Of a DNA stretch of 64,000 nt, positions 63,886 through 64,000 are shown piece by piece. Under the pieces are notes generated by a model. The model was given only the letters and a program-made list of their open reading frames with translations. It was not told the origin of the DNA and did no database searches. The stretch is from NCBI GenBank assembly GCA_002633005.1, contig NMRA01000076.1:1-64000 (forward strand), given 5' to 3'. This stretch comes from Phoronis australis (lineage: Eukaryota; Animalia; Phoronida). Numbering within the stretch: position 1 is the first letter of the stretch; the number at the start of each line of letters is the position of its first letter. Made by a program: the position numbers and the translations under genes.

Positions 63886-64000
63886 GTCGTGGTTATGGAA
63901 TACCTCAAGGGATCAAAATACTCAGTAGATGTCGTCATCTGTCAAGGGAAACTCGTTGGTGGAGTGGTTTTACAGAAAGGCCAGCCTGAACTTCCTACAT
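63886..64000 (+). CDS. ATP-grasp ligase copy C, start of exon 4 (runs off the window)
   Basis: Acceptor ttgcAG at 63884-63885. Translates to VVVMEYLKGSKYSVDVVICQGKLVGGVVLQKGQPELPT, homologous to 7868 onward. Confidence 0.9.

Overview
This is AT-rich, intron-containing eukaryotic DNA, most likely from an invertebrate animal. It comes from a draft scaffold with N gaps. The only host gene family I can support is a tandem, same-strand (+) array of a 4-exon gene. All three of its introns are GT-AG and phase 0, and it encodes a stand-alone ATP-grasp ligase of about 460 aa that resembles the catalytic half of carnosine synthase (CARNS1) and bacterial L-amino-acid ligases. Copy A has exons 2-4 at 3049-8560, with exon 1 outside the window or in a gap. 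A second exon 4 at 12037-12675 is probably the other allele, duplicated by the assembly. Copy B has an intact exon 1 (17577-17891) and an exon 2 broken after 14 codons. Copy C has exons 1-4 from 39574 and runs off the right edge. The rest is a patchwork of non-autonomous DNA transposons whose ends and target-site duplications (TSDs) can be read directly: two Kolobok elements with THAP remnants, an inverted pair of Academ-like elements (one nested in a Kolobok), an inverted pair of TA-flanked elements, a MULE-like MITE in the copy-B promoter, a foldback element and several MITE families. Two 4-5 kb tandem duplications joined at N characters look like uncollapsed haplotypes. I found no rRNA, intact tRNA or CRISPR array.
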